Source: Octopus sinensis
Taxonomy: Eukaryota
Assembly (NCBI RefSeq): GCF_006345805.1
Contig: NC_043004.1
Coordinates: 98,332,001-98,396,000 of the forward strand
Reading direction: 5' to 3'
DNA length: 64,000 nt
Positions 64,000-64,000 of the stretch are shown piece after piece. Numbering within the stretch: position 1 is the first letter of the stretch; every line of letters begins with the position of its first letter. Position numbers and translations under genes: made by a program. Below the pieces are notes generated by a model. The model worked only from the letters and a program-made list of their open reading frames with translations, searched no databases and was not told the origin of the DNA.

Positions 64000-64000
64000 T

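Overview
AT-rich, repeat-saturated metazoan DNA. The SINE, mariner and LINE content and the very dense (TA)n/(GATA)n/(AG)n microsatellites point to an octopus (cephalopod) genome; that is an inference from repeat style, not a database hit. I recognise no host protein-coding exon. Almost all short ORFs in the track are translated microsatellites or SINEs. Supported features: a 5'-truncated but near-intact CR1-group LINE (57990-61175, minus) whose ORF2 is broken only by two 1-nt homopolymer deletions, several Tc1/mariner relics, a hAT MITE with an 8-bp TSD, many tRNA-derived SINEs of about four families (several with TSDs), and a decayed tRNA-Leu(AAG). The main unexplained signal is about 14 minimal type-I hammerhead ribozyme (HHR) motifs from roughly nine unrelated short repeat families. 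Most sit 25-200 nt upstream of a microsatellite tract, and most have a self-complementary helix III (ACATATGT, ACAATTGT, ACAGCTGT, AATATT, ACGT), the dimer-type architecture known from Penelope-like elements and retrozymes. One family has a swapped G3-C8 catalytic core (GUGAACA). Others carry U4C or A6U, or very long helix II extensions. Coordinates were counted by hand and may be off by a few nt.
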